From: Nanobdellati archaeon
Lineage (GTDB): Archaea; EX4484-52; GLR71
Direction: 5' to 3'
Assembly (NCBI GenBank): GCA_019429005.1
Contig: JAHYJR010000003.1
Span: 64,001 to 128,000, forward strand
DNA length: 64,000 bases
Shown here: positions 30,022 through 40,365 of the stretch, one piece after another
Numbering within the stretch: position 1 is the stretch's first letter
Layout of the letters: each line of letters starts with the position of its first letter
Made by a program: the position numbers and the translations under genes
Notes under the pieces: model-generated
What the model saw: the letters and a program-made list of their open reading frames with translations, nothing else
Told to the model about the DNA's origin: nothing
Database searches by the model: none

Positions 30022-30105
30022 AACTCAAAAACAGATAAACAAATATCTAATAATTTATCAAAAAAATAAACCCAATATTAAATATATAACATAACAAATA
30101 TTATC

Positions 30106-30756
30106 ATGGAACAACAAAAAATTATCAATAAAACTATTGATTTTGTAAAAGAAACATTACAAGATACAGAAAGTGGCCACGACTGGTGGCATACATATCG
30201 TGTCTGGAAACTATCTAAACACATTGCAAAAACAGAAAATGCAGATAATTTTATTGTTGAATTAGGCGCACTATTACATGATATAGCAGATTCAAAATTT
30301 CATGATAAAAACGAAAATATTGGACCCAAAAAAGCAGAAGAATTTCTAAAAACCTTAAACTTAGACAGTAATATTATAGAACAGATCAAGAATATTATAA
30401 GTAACATATCTTTCAGAACACGGAATGAGACAACATTCAAATCAGTAGAACTTGACATTATACAAGATGCAGACCGCTTAGATGCACTTGGAGCTATCGG
30501 TATTGCAAGAGCCTTCAATTTCGGTGGCCATAAAAACAACACAATATATAATCCCTATATAAAACCAAATACTAACATGACAAAAGAAGAATACAAAATG
30601 CGAGATAAACCGACAATAAATCATTTCTATGAGAAACTCTTATTATTAAAAGATCTTATGAACACAAAAGGCGGACAAAAAATTGCAGAACAAAGACACG
30701 CATTTATGGAACAATACCTTACCGAATTCTATAATGAATGGGAAGGTAAATCATAA
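30106..30756 (+). CDS. HD-domain phosphohydrolase (YedJ-like)
   Basis: GHDWWH, LLHDIAD, QDADRLDALGAIG, HFYEKLL. Confidence 0.93.
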   Translation: MEQQKIINKTIDFVKETLQDTESGHDWWHTYRVWKLSKHIAKTENADNFIVELGALLHDIADSKFHDKNENIGPKKAEEFLKTLNLDSNIIEQIKNIISNISFRTRNETTFKSVELDIIQDADRLDALGAIGIARAFNFGGHKNNTIYNPYIKPNTNMTKEEYKMRDKPTINHFYEKLLLLKDLMNTKGGQKIAEQRHAFMEQYLTEFYNEWEGKS

Positions 30757-30807
30757 AGATATTAAAAAAACATAAAGCTTTTAAAGAGAATCCTATTAAA
30801 TAAAATC

Positions 30808-31347
30808 ATGAAAATCTTAGTTGACATGGATGGAGTTATTGCAGATTTCGAAAAAGGATTCCTGACCAATTTCACAGAAAAATACCCTGAAGAACAATTC
30901 ATACCACTTAATAAAAGAACAGAGTTCAAACCACGAGATCAATACACAATAAAACAAAAACCTCTTGTTGAAAGCATATACAACGCACCTGGTTTTTATA
31001 CGTCCTTACCGCCTATTGATGGTGGACTTGACGCATTAAAAGAAATTTCAGATAAAGGCCATAATGTATTTATTTGTACATCGCCACTTTCAAACTATCA
31101 AAATTGTGTTTCTGAAAAATATCAATGGGTAGATAATAACCTTGGTATAGATTGGACTAAAAAAATTATTATTATAAAAGATAAGACATTAATTTCAGCA
31201 GACCTACTTATCGACGATAAACCCGAAATAACAGGTTTAGAAACGCCATCATGGGAACATATAATATATGACCAACCATATAATCAAAATGTTAATTATA
31301 AAAGACGGATTAATTGGGCGAATTATAAAACTATTTTAGACCTTTAA
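30808..31347 (+). CDS. 5'(3')-deoxyribonucleotidase (NT5C/HAD)
   Basis: DMDGVIADF, ICTSP, EK..W, DKT, LIDD, PYN. Confidence 0.93.
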   Translation: MKILVDMDGVIADFEKGFLTNFTEKYPEEQFIPLNKRTEFKPRDQYTIKQKPLVESIYNAPGFYTSLPPIDGGLDALKEISDKGHNVFICTSPLSNYQNCVSEKYQWVDNNLGIDWTKKIIIIKDKTLISADLLIDDKPEITGLETPSWEHIIYDQPYNQNVNYKRRINWANYKTILDL

Positions 31348-31481
31348 AAACGTACTCTTGTAACACACTAACCTATAAACCAAAATTACTTTTTTCTTAA
31401 AAACACAACTAAATCAACATAAAATCACTAATTTTATTATAATATATAATATATTTAAAATTTACTCGACATCATAACATT

Positions 31482-32347
31482 ATGAATCCAGATATAATCA
31501 TATCTAATCCAAAAAAACTTGAAATTCTTAAAAATAAAATAGCTTTAGATGGAATAAAAAACATACATATTATCTCTGATTTTGACAGAACCTTTACAAA
31601 AGCATTTGTTAATAGACAAAAAGTACCGTCTATGATTTCAGAATTACCTAATGGAAATTACTTAACAGACGATTATGCAAAAAAAGCTCATGCACTTTTC
31701 AATAAATACCATCCTATTGAAATAGATATAAACATAACCGAAGAAAACAAAAAAAAGCTATGCATACTTGGTGGACTGAACATTTCAACCTTCTTATTGA
31801 ATCTAAACTAAACAAAAAAGATCTTGATAAAGTAATAACCTCCGAAAATATCTGTCTTAGAGATGGCTCATATGAATTCATAAAAACCTTACATACAAAT
31901 AATATACCGCTTATCATCATGTCTTCAAACGGTCTTGGTGGCGATACAATTTCAATGTTTCTTGAAAAAGAAAAAAGATTATATAATAATATTCACATAA
32001 TATCAAACACATACATATGGGATAAAGATGGATTTGCTATTGATATAAAAAAAACAATAATACATGTTGCAAACAAAGATGAAACCTCAATAAAAGATTA
32101 TCCTGTTTTTAATAAAATAAAAGCAAGAAAAAATGTTATCCTTATTGAAGATTCCCTAACAGATGTTGATATGGTTAAAGGCTTTGATTATGACAATATT
32201 ATAAAAATAGGATTTATAAATGACAATATAGAAAAACATCTTGATTCGTACAAAAAAACTTTTGATGTTGTAATACTAAATGATTCAGATATGAGTTATA
32301 TAAATCAATTATTAGATTATATAATAAACAACAAAAAAGTCAAATAA
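31482..32347 (+). pseudogene. Pyrimidine 5'-nucleotidase (cN-III/UMPH-1), split by a frameshift
   Basis: ISDFDRT, Y.PIE, MHTWW, LRDG, SN, NK, NVIL..DS..D..M, KIGF. The frame changes at the A8 run at 31749-31756. Confidence 0.85.
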
Positions 32348-32356
32348 AAAACAATT

Positions 32357-33376
32357 TCAATTAATCTCATAATTTCGCCATCTACCAGAACCTATAGATT
32401 TCACAAGATTTTGTCTAACTAGTGATTCCATATGTTTACGATATGTTCTCTCAAGAATATCATCACCTGTAAGCTCAACATATTGTCTTAAAAGATCTCC
32501 TGAAGATATAGGACCTGAAGATTTCAAAATATCATAAAGTGTCTTTTTAATATCATCAAGAACAACCGTACGCTCATCTTTTTTGGAATCACAAACATTA
32601 TCACATGCACGAATAACATCTTCTATAGAAATTGTATCCTTCGCCTGATTTTCAGCAAAAAGCGCAGAATTCCGTAAAATATCAATTGCAACACGCGAAT
32701 CCCCATGGGATTTATGCGATATTATCTTAAGATATTCAATCTTAATAGAGCCTGGATACAAAGCATATTCCGAACGTTCTTTCAATATATCAAAAAGCTC
32801 ATCTGGTTTATATTCTGGAAATTCAATAGTTTCAAACGCAAGAGATGATTTAATCCTAGAATCAACATCAAAAAAGGCATACTTATTGTTTGAAACAAGA
32901 ACAAGACCATAATTTTCTCTTGAAAACACATAAAGAAGTTCTTTTTCTTTCAACTGATCAACTTCATCAAGACAGATTATTACTTTTTTAGATGTTTTTT
33001 TTACATAATTACTAATAGCTTTAACAAGCTCATCTCGCGGCTGCTTAAGATTTGTAAACACATTAAGAGAACTCACAATCTCATTAAGTATAGAATGTGA
33101 AGTCGAACATTTCCAACAATTAACATAAACCGTTTTTACAGATTGTGTATGTCCCTCAAACTCCGAAAATATCCATTTAACAAGAGATGTCTTTCCAACA
33201 CCCGTTGCTCCAAATAAAAATATATTACGAGGGGTTCGACCAAAAGATGCGGGTTTCAAAGCATTTGCAACGGCTTCAACTTGACCTTCACGATGCAATA
33301 TTTTCTCAGGAATAAATACCTCAAGAAGTATTGATTCGTCTTTTATCACAGATTTTACCATATCAAAAAGTCCCAT
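32357..33376 (-). CDS. cdc6: Orc1/Cdc6 replication initiator family protein
   Basis: P....HRE, GATGVGKT, YVNC, LDEVD, RIKSSL, GD.R.AI, C-terminal wHTH. Confidence 0.92.
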   Translation of the reverse strand: MGLFDMVKSVIKDESILLEVFIPEKILHREGQVEAVANALKPASFGRTPRNIFLFGATGVGKTSLVKWIFSEFEGHTQSVKTVYVNCWKCSTSHSILNEIVSSLNVFTNLKQPRDELVKAISNYVKKTSKKVIICLDEVDQLKEKELLYVFSRENYGLVLVSNNKYAFFDVDSRIKSSLAFETIEFPEYKPDELFDILKERSEYALYPGSIKIEYLKIISHKSHGDSRVAIDILRNSALFAENQAKDTISIEDVIRACDNVCDSKKDERTVVLDDIKKTLYDILKSSGPISSGDLLRQYVELTGDDILERTYRKHMESLVRQNLVKSIGSGRWRNYEIN

Positions 33377-33476
33377 ATTATGGTTTCATCTAAGATAAAA
33401 TATAAATATATCTATACTTTAATAAACCGAACAACAAACCAAACAGATTTAAATCAACTAACACCAAAAAAACAAC

Positions 33477-33728
33477 ATGGAAACACTCATAATTGGATTT
33501 ATAGCATCAATCCTTACAACAATATCCTTTATACCTCAAATTGTAACAATATATAAAACTAAAGACACTAAAAGCATCTCACTAAAAATGTACTTATTAT
33601 TCTGTTCAGGTATAACATTATGGTTAATCTATGGACTACTAAAAAAAGATTTGCCAATAATTTTAGCAAATAGTATCACTTTAATATTATCTCTAATAAT
33701 ATTATCTATGAAATTAAAATATAAATAG
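33477..33728 (+). CDS. SemiSWEET (PQ-loop) transporter
   Basis: TTISFIPQ, WLIYG, PIILAN. Confidence 0.93.
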   Translation: METLIIGFIASILTTISFIPQIVTIYKTKDTKSISLKMYLLFCSGITLWLIYGLLKKDLPIILANSITLILSLIILSMKLKYK

Positions 33729-33764
33729 ATTAATCAGAATGACACAACATAAAATATCAAAAGA

Positions 33765-34334
33765 TTACCTTTTTAAAACAGCATATAATTCTTTATTTAG
33801 AACAATCTTATTGATTTTACCATATCTCTCTTTTTCGATTATACCTTTTAATTTAAGATTTTCTAAAATCCTATGAGTTTTTACTTTGTTAAGATCTGGA
33901 AGACGGCTTAACTCATATTGTGGAATACTACCACCTGACGATATTAAAGTATCAATCACTTTCTGTTCATATTTATTCAAAAATTTAAGTATTATTCGTG
34001 TATTTACATCAAGACTTTTTTCTTGTATGAATATCTTTTCAGACATGATATAATAAACAATAAGACCAACAATAATCCCTAAAAAGGCAAAAAAGGGTAA
34101 AAAATAAAAACTAGGTATTGCGATAGTATCATTTTGACGCTCAACTATGGATTCTTTCAATTCGTCAAGAGACATACTATCAATAAGATCTACATTTAAT
34201 CTTGTGCTCTGCTTAGTATCATGTTGATAATTATAATACATACTTACCGTCAATGCCAGAAATATAAAAGACATTATAATACCTATACCTAACAACATAT
34301 TTCTGTTATTAGTAGATGGTTTTAATTGTGCCAT
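33765..34334 (-). CDS. Membrane-anchored wHTH transcription regulator
   Basis: Two TM helices, then G.I.Q.EL......K.K..R.L..L..KG.I.KE..GK.N. Confidence 0.8.
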   Translation of the reverse strand: MAQLKPSTNNRNMLLGIGIIMSFIFLALTVSMYYNYQHDTKQSTRLNVDLIDSMSLDELKESIVERQNDTIAIPSFYFLPFFAFLGIIVGLIVYYIMSEKIFIQEKSLDVNTRIILKFLNKYEQKVIDTLISSGGSIPQYELSRLPDLNKVKTHRILENLKLKGIIEKERYGKINKIVLNKELYAVLKR

Positions 34335-34394
34335 AAATATAAAGTACAATTAAACTTTAAATAAATTAAACATAAAAACAACCAAAAATACGCA

Positions 34395-34475
34395 ATTTCG
34401 TAATAGTTTCAAAAAAACAAAACAATGTTTCAAAGAATAATCAATAGTTTCAGAAAGGTATATCTATAGTTTCAA
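34395..34475. promoter_or_regulatory. Phased GTTTCA direct repeats around a TATA box
   Basis: GTTTC at 34406, 34427, 34447 and 34469. Confidence 0.6.
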
Positions 34476-34508
34476 ACTAAAAATATTTAAGAATGTGGAG
34501 GTGTCTAC

Positions 34509-34941
34509 AATGACAAAAAATACAAAATATAAAATGAGTGTCTTGTTAATCGGCGCTTTAGTATTATTTAGTATAGTTGGTATGGTAAGTGCATACAAAG
34601 GTAATGCTACACCTGTAGGTCCTAACTATAATGAAGACATACATGAAGCAATGAAACAGGCTATAGAAAACGGAGATTATGATGCATGGATACAAATAAG
34701 AGAAGATAATAACATGCCAATGCATTGTCGAATGTTTTCTATAATAAATGAAGAAAATTTCCATCTTTTTGCAGAAATGCATGAAGCAAATGAAAATGGT
34801 GATTTAGACAGAGCTGCAGAAATAAAAGCTGAACTTGGTCTAGGTCAAGGAAATGGAAACTGTGGAATGGGAACTCATATGGGAAATAAAGGAAACGCAC
34901 AAGGAACTCAATCAAATTTTGGTAACTGCCAATATCATTGA
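34509..34941 (+). CDS. Secreted Met/His/Gly-rich hypothetical protein
   Basis: GGAGGTG SD, signal peptide ending VSA, GDYDAW, ELGL and a Gly-rich tail. Confidence 0.8.
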
Positions 34942-34968
34942 GATGAGTAACAAACAAAAAAAATAAGT

Positions 34969-34993
34969 TTTAAGGGGTTTAAAAAACCCTTAA
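34969..34993. terminator. Hairpin between the secreted-protein and SHOCT genes
   Basis: TTAAGGG...CCCTTAA. Confidence 0.4.
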
Positions 34994-35038
34994 GAACCCT
35001 AATATAATAAAATAATATACGAACAAAGGTGATAATAT

Positions 35039-35242
35039 ATGTATATGTACCCCGGATTAAATTTTATATCAATGATATTATTCAATGGACTCTTTTTCAT
35101 AATAACTGTTGTATTAGTGTTATGGCTTGCAAAAAATATCAAATTAAGTTCAGACCCAATAAAAATACTTGATTCAAGATATGCTAAAGGTGAAATTACT
35201 AAAAAAGAATATATCGAAATAAAAAAAGATTTACAAAACTAA
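35039..35242 (+). CDS. SHOCT-domain membrane protein
   Basis: TM helix plus IL..RYAKGEITKKEY. Confidence 0.88.
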   Translation: MYMYPGLNFISMILFNGLFFIITVVLVLWLAKNIKLSSDPIKILDSRYAKGEITKKEYIEIKKDLQN

Positions 35243-35244
35243 AT

Positions 35245-35282
<38 letters not shown>

Positions 35283-35334
35283 AAAAAATTAAATTATATA
35301 ACATATCAGATAGAAATATCTCTTGTTGATAAAA

Positions 35335-35690
35335 ATGCCACAAATAACACCGATTAAAAAAATGTTTTTCAAAGAAAAATACATAAATATGATTCTTAAA
35401 GGTGAAAAGAGTCTTGAAGGAAAATCGGTTACAATAACATCAAAAAAATAAAAGTTAATGATTATATCTATATAAATGAAATCCATAAAACAAAAATCAT
35501 AAGTATACACACTTATGACACATTCGAAAACGCATTGAAACATCATAATTTCAAACAACTTATACCAGATGCAAAATCACTTGAAGACACATTAAAAATA
35601 TACAATAAATTATTTCCATCTTGGAAACAAGAAAAATATGGTGTATATATTTTCGGGATTAAGTTATTTAAAACGAAATCAAATTTATAA
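35335..35690 (+). pseudogene. ASCH-domain protein pseudogene
   Basis: KEKYINMILKGEKSLEG...Y..F...IPDAKS...EKYGVYIF, spread over several frames. Confidence 0.7.
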
Positions 35691-35717
35691 ACATCAGACA
35701 AAAATACAATATTTATC

Positions 35718-36058
35718 TACAAACTTATCCGACGTTATATTCTCTATCTTGTACGATGGCAGTTAAGCACACCAATATTAGCAATAGTCTTGATTGCCTT
35801 ATCAATAATGAACAAATGGCATGCAACAGCAATTGCAAACCTTATCTGAGGTCTCATGTTTTTTGGGGTAGATAGATTCATATTTACCTCAGATCTCTAG
35901 GTACTCAATGGGATGTCAAAGACAATATTAAATGTTCAGATTGTAAAAAAACGGCTCGAAGATACCGTCTTATAAAAACACGAAACTATGACAAGACCAA
36001 AGATAATAATCCAAAATTTAGATGTGAAACTTGCTCCCAAAAAAAACAAAACAACTAA
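35718..36058 (+). pseudogene. Membrane/Zn-finger hypothetical protein pseudogene
   Basis: RYILYLVRWQLSTPILA...ANLI*GLMFFGVDRFIF, then a frameshift, then CSDC...YRL...FRCETCS. Confidence 0.65.
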
Positions 36059-36148
36059 AGAAAAGTGGGGTTAAAATCTAACAAAAACCCAAAAATACAA
36101 TAACAAACTCAAAAGAAATATAATAATAACAACACAAATAATTATTAT

Positions 36149-38401
36149 ATGAAACCTATAAAGATAATAACATTAATTTCAATAATTCTGCTCTTATTAC
36201 CTTTTACAGTTTCAGGTCTTCTCGGATATTATCACGAACAAAACATTGGTATCTCAACAGGAAACAATAATTATGAATTAAGAAATCCTACAAGTGTTAC
36301 ATCCACACTTGAATATATCTATATTGTAGATTCACTTAACAATAGAATACAAGTTTTTAATAAAAATAATACTTATGTAACAACAATAGGTGGTATCTTT
36401 GGTTCGGGAGATTATAGCTTAAAATATCCAAGAGATCTTGCAATAGATGGTGACATAATATACATAGCAGATACCGAAAATAATCGTATACAAATCTTCA
36501 AAGGAATATCCTATTATGGAACAATCGGAACATATGGTACTGAAAATGGTAATTTCAAATACCCAACAGGGGTTGAAACAGACGAAAACGGAACCTTATA
36601 TGTAGCAGATAAAAATAACAACAGAATACAGATATTTTATCCAAATGGAACTTATAAGACTAAAATAGGATATAACAACGGTACTGGAAATTATGAATTC
36701 CAAGCACCAACAGATATTGCAGTAACATCAAAAAATGATATACTAGTTATTGATTCAAAAAACAATAGAATTCAAATATACAACAACGATTTGACATACA
36801 AAAAAACTATTGGTGGAACTGAAGGCGTTGGAGATTATCAGTTTAATAACCCTAATGGAATTTCAATTGATGATTATGACAATATATATGTTTCTGATAC
36901 AGGAAACAATAGAATTCAAATATTTTCTAAAGATTACAAATATTCAAAAACACTTTTTTATAATGGACAAAGTGAATTCGCACTATCTAAACCTTCAAAT
37001 TCTTATGTAGATTACAGAACATTATATATCGCAGATACTGGAAACAATAAAATAAAAATATTTAGAATGGATTGCCTTACAAATTCAGATTGTTATGATA
37101 AAAATCCGGGAACTATTGACACTTGCATAAAAACAAGTACTGAAAATTATTGTAAAAATGAACAGATTACAAACTGTGTTACAGGAGATAATTATTGTCC
37201 AATAACATGCACATATAAAACAGATTATGATTGCACACCAGAATGTGGAAATAATATTTGTGAAAAAGATGAAAATCAAACATGCTGTATTGACTGTGGA
37301 AACAAAGAAGGATACTCTTGTGCAAACAATTTCTTATATGAAAAGATACCTGTCTGTGGCGATGGTGTCTTAGATGACAATGAAATCTGCTGTCTTGATA
37401 GTGGCTGCAAAGAGGGTTATACTTGTGTTGATGACTATACATGCCGAATCGATGGAACTTGTGGCGACAGAACCTGTAACTGGAATGAGAATGAAAAAAA
37501 CTGTTGTACGGACTGTAACTATTGTCTTCCAGGATACACTTGCATTACAAACCAATGTAGTCCTTCAAACATAAATAAAATACAAAATTACTGTGAAAAT
37601 GACGCTTCTTGTAATGATAACAACACATGCACAAAAAATACATGTAATTTATACCCTCGATATTGTATAACTGAAACAATTGAACAATGCATAAATGATG
37701 ATAGTTGTTGTCAAAGCCCATGCACACATCTAAACGATAATGATTGTCAAAAACCAATAGCACCAGAAAAAACCTATGGCGCTATATGTGGTAATAAACA
37801 ATGTGATATATTAGAATCAACTGAAACTTGTTGTATTGACTGTGGATGTAAAACAGACTATGAATGCGGCAAAGAAACAAACAAATGTGAAAAAACAAAA
37901 GAACTTCTAATAAAAGAAAGTATAGAAAAACAAGATTCATTCAAAACAAAAGATATGAACCTAAAAGATAATGGATTCACCCTTATCTCAAGTGCAATAA
38001 TAACAGACACATTAGAAAACAATAATATCATTAAATTTGTATATACTTATTCAAACAATAAACAAGAAACAGTAAACATTGAAGGTATAGCAGACGGATC
38101 TGGATACATTACATATATTGAAGGCAGCTATGTAAATATCACAATATACTTTGTCTACGCATTCATATTTTTCATAATATTTATTATAATACTGTTCTTA
38201 TACATAAGACAAAAATTAATTAAAAAAGAAATTAAAAAAACAAAAGATAAAACACGAAAAATATTCAATGACCACATAACCGAATTTGATCAACTTATAG
38301 ATAACTTAAAAAATAATGAAAAAGGATTTTTGAAAAGACGTCTTAATAGATGGGAAAATGAAGTTAAAGAAACTTATAAAAAAGATAAGAGTGAAGATTA
38401 A
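36149..38401 (+). CDS. Secreted/membrane NHL-repeat beta-propeller with Cys-rich repeats
   Basis: Six P..V....IY.AD..NNRIQIF repeats, CG...C...E...CC.DC repeats, C-terminal TM helix. Confidence 0.92.
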   Translation: MKPIKIITLISIILLLLPFTVSGLLGYYHEQNIGISTGNNNYELRNPTSVTSTLEYIYIVDSLNNRIQVFNKNNTYVTTIGGIFGSGDYSLKYPRDLAIDGDIIYIADTENNRIQIFKGISYYGTIGTYGTENGNFKYPTGVETDENGTLYVADKNNNRIQIFYPNGTYKTKIGYNNGTGNYEFQAPTDIAVTSKNDILVIDSKNNRIQIYNNDLTYKKTIGGTEGVGDYQFNNPNGISIDDYDNIYVSDTGNNRIQIFSKDYKYSKTLFYNGQSEFALSKPSNSYVDYRTLYIADTGNNKIKIFRMDCLTNSDCYDKNPGTIDTCIKTSTENYCKNEQITNCVTGDNYCPITCTYKTDYDCTPECGNNICEKDENQTCCIDCGNKEGYSCANNFLYEKIPVCGDGVLDDNEICCLDSGCKEGYTCVDDYTCRIDGTCGDRTCNWNENEKNCCTDCNYCLPGYTCITNQCSPSNINKIQNYCENDASCNDNNTCTKNTCNLYPRYCITETIEQCINDDSCCQSPCTHLNDNDCQKPIAPEKTYGAICGNKQCDILESTETCCIDCGCKTDYECGKETNKCEKTKELLIKESIEKQDSFKTKDMNLKDNGFTLISSAIITDTLENNNIIKFVYTYSNNKQETVNIEGIADGSGYITYIEGSYVNITIYFVYAFIFFIIFIIILFLYIRQKLIKKEIKKTKDKTRKIFNDHITEFDQLIDNLKNNEKGFLKRRLNRWENEVKETYKKDKSED

Positions 38402-38415
38402 TATAATATACATAA

Positions 38416-38724
38416 AAAAGGGTAAACGCTATCGAAAAAAAATTATTTATTATTGTCTTATTGCTTTTCACAACGGGAACAATAGTATATCATGAACTTG
38501 AAACTTGGTCTTGGGTTGATTCCATATATTTCTCAGTCACAACACTTACGACCATAGGTTACGGTGATCTTTATCCAACACGAGATATAACAAAAATATT
38601 CACTGTATTATATATTTTCAGTGGTATCTCAACAATATTTTATGTAATTACACACTCTAACAAATATATAATGCGACTTGAAAGAAAAATAGAAAACCTG
38701 TCAAAAAAAGTGTTAAAATCTTAA
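38416..38724 (+). CDS. Two-TM potassium channel; start codon uncertain
   Basis: DSIYFSVTTLTTIGYGD selectivity filter. The first TM helix extends upstream of the TTG at 38461. Confidence 0.8.
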   Translation, partial: KRVNAIEKKLFIIVLLLFTTGTIVYHELETWSWVDSIYFSVTTLTTIGYGDLYPTRDITKIFTVLYIFSGISTIFYVITHSNKYIMRLERKIENLSKKVLKS

Positions 38725-38765
38725 TAAACTAATAAATAACAAAATCAAATAATAAGGTGATTTGA

Positions 38766-39074
38766 ATGAATTACGACAAAAAAATTGAAACTCTTTCAAA
38801 AAATATTGAAGATCTTAAAAAGATGATATTAATTATTGGAAAAAATATAGATTCATACAAAAAAACTATAGATACTACAAATCAAAATCTTGAAACATTG
38901 CCTGTAAAATTAGAAGCAATATTTTCAAAAATAGATTCTGAAGTAACATTAAGTCAACTTAAAGCGGGACTAGATGAACTTAAACTTACAACAAATGATA
39001 TACAGACAAACGTTGATGAGATTTCAAGAATACTTATTGAAGAAGTTGCAGAAGGATCAAAAAGACTTTACTAA
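38766..39074 (+). CDS. Hypothetical coiled-coil protein
   Basis: AGGTGA SD and a heptad pattern. Confidence 0.7.
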   Translation: MNYDKKIETLSKNIEDLKKMILIIGKNIDSYKKTIDTTNQNLETLPVKLEAIFSKIDSEVTLSQLKAGLDELKLTTNDIQTNVDEISRILIEEVAEGSKRLY

Positions 39075-39092
39075 CTTAAAAAAGTGATTATC

Positions 39093-40355
39093 TTGCCTGA
39101 ACAAAATATAGATATATCTAAAAATGTATATCCCGCAGACATAATTAAAATAAAATGGATATATAAAAATATTAGAGATACACTAAACAGCATTGGATTC
39201 AAAGAAGTTGAACCGACTTCAAAAAACAGTAAAGATTTGACCGAAATACTCCAAAAAGAAGGTGTAGAGGATTTATGCCTAATTAATTATGAAAATAACA
39301 AAAAAGACTCCTTTGTATATGATACTTCAACTAACATAATTGAAATGTCAAAAGAAGTAAGATTACCAAAACCAATGAGATGGTATGCAATCTCAAAAAT
39401 ATACAGAAAAGAACAGAATAAATTAAAAAACAAAAGATCATGTTCAGCATGCATAATGGGTTCAAAAGATGTTTTTGCAGACTCTGAACAAATATATGCA
39501 ATATTAAATATTCTAACACCTCTTGGAATTGAACCCGTTGTACATATAGGACACAGAGAACTTATGTCTGAAATTTTAAAATATATGGGCATCGAAGAGA
39601 ACGTTATAGACCAAGCACTAACTATATTTAAAGACTCAAAAATTGATGGAATTCAAGCAACATTTAAAAAATTTAATTTGTTAGGCGTTGAAAAAATTAT
39701 TGTAACAGAAATACTTAATTTACTCAAATTTGAAGGATTATCAAAAGACCTTATAAATCATCTTAAAAACACATTTAATGACAATGATGAAATTAGTATA
39801 CTTATAGAAGAACTCAATCTGTTTATAGATGAATTAGACAATTATAATATATTACGATTCTGTAAACTAGATCTTAAAATAATAGGTACAACCTACAACG
39901 ATGGTATTGTATTTGAAGTATATGATATTAAAAATAATAAATTCCAAATTGCTTCAGGTGGACGAGTTAACATGCTTGCCGAACTTCTTTCAAACAATGA
40001 AATGCCATCAACTGCATTAAATATAGATGTTGATATGATTTACAATTTAATTGAAAAGAAAAAAATTGTGACTAAAATTGAACAAACTATAGATATTTAT
40101 GTCGCACCAGAAAGCCTAAATTCTAGACGTAATGCAATAATGATTGCAAAACAATTTAGAAAGAAAAAAGGTATCGTTGAAATTGACATAAGTGGCAGAA
40201 GTTTGGACAAACAAATATTACATGCAAAAAAACTTAAAATTCCAAAAATAATAATAATACGAGATGATGACCTTAAAAATGGATTTGTCATAATGGAAGA
40301 TTTTAAAACAAAAGAAAACACAAAAATCATTCTAAAAGGTAAAACAATAAAATAA
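39093..40355 (+). CDS. Degenerate histidyl-tRNA synthetase-like protein retaining the anticodon-binding domain
   Basis: GF.EV.P, LPKPMRWY, D.E, ASGGR and a C-terminal HGTP domain. The motif-2 and histidine-binding residues are lost. Confidence 0.75.
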   Translation: MPEQNIDISKNVYPADIIKIKWIYKNIRDTLNSIGFKEVEPTSKNSKDLTEILQKEGVEDLCLINYENNKKDSFVYDTSTNIIEMSKEVRLPKPMRWYAISKIYRKEQNKLKNKRSCSACIMGSKDVFADSEQIYAILNILTPLGIEPVVHIGHRELMSEILKYMGIEENVIDQALTIFKDSKIDGIQATFKKFNLLGVEKIIVTEILNLLKFEGLSKDLINHLKNTFNDNDEISILIEELNLFIDELDNYNILRFCKLDLKIIGTTYNDGIVFEVYDIKNNKFQIASGGRVNMLAELLSNNEMPSTALNIDVDMIYNLIEKKKIVTKIEQTIDIYVAPESLNSRRNAIMIAKQFRKKKGIVEIDISGRSLDKQILHAKKLKIPKIIIIRDDDLKNGFVIMEDFKTKENTKIILKGKTIK

Positions 40356-40365
40356 TTTTAAAGGG

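Noticed and set aside
19942-32347. Integron cassette array
   Set aside because: No recurring attC-like palindromes between the genes, and no intI.
33377-33476. Replication origin adjacent to cdc6
   Set aside because: The gap is only about 100 bp, with no ORB-like repeats and no skew change.
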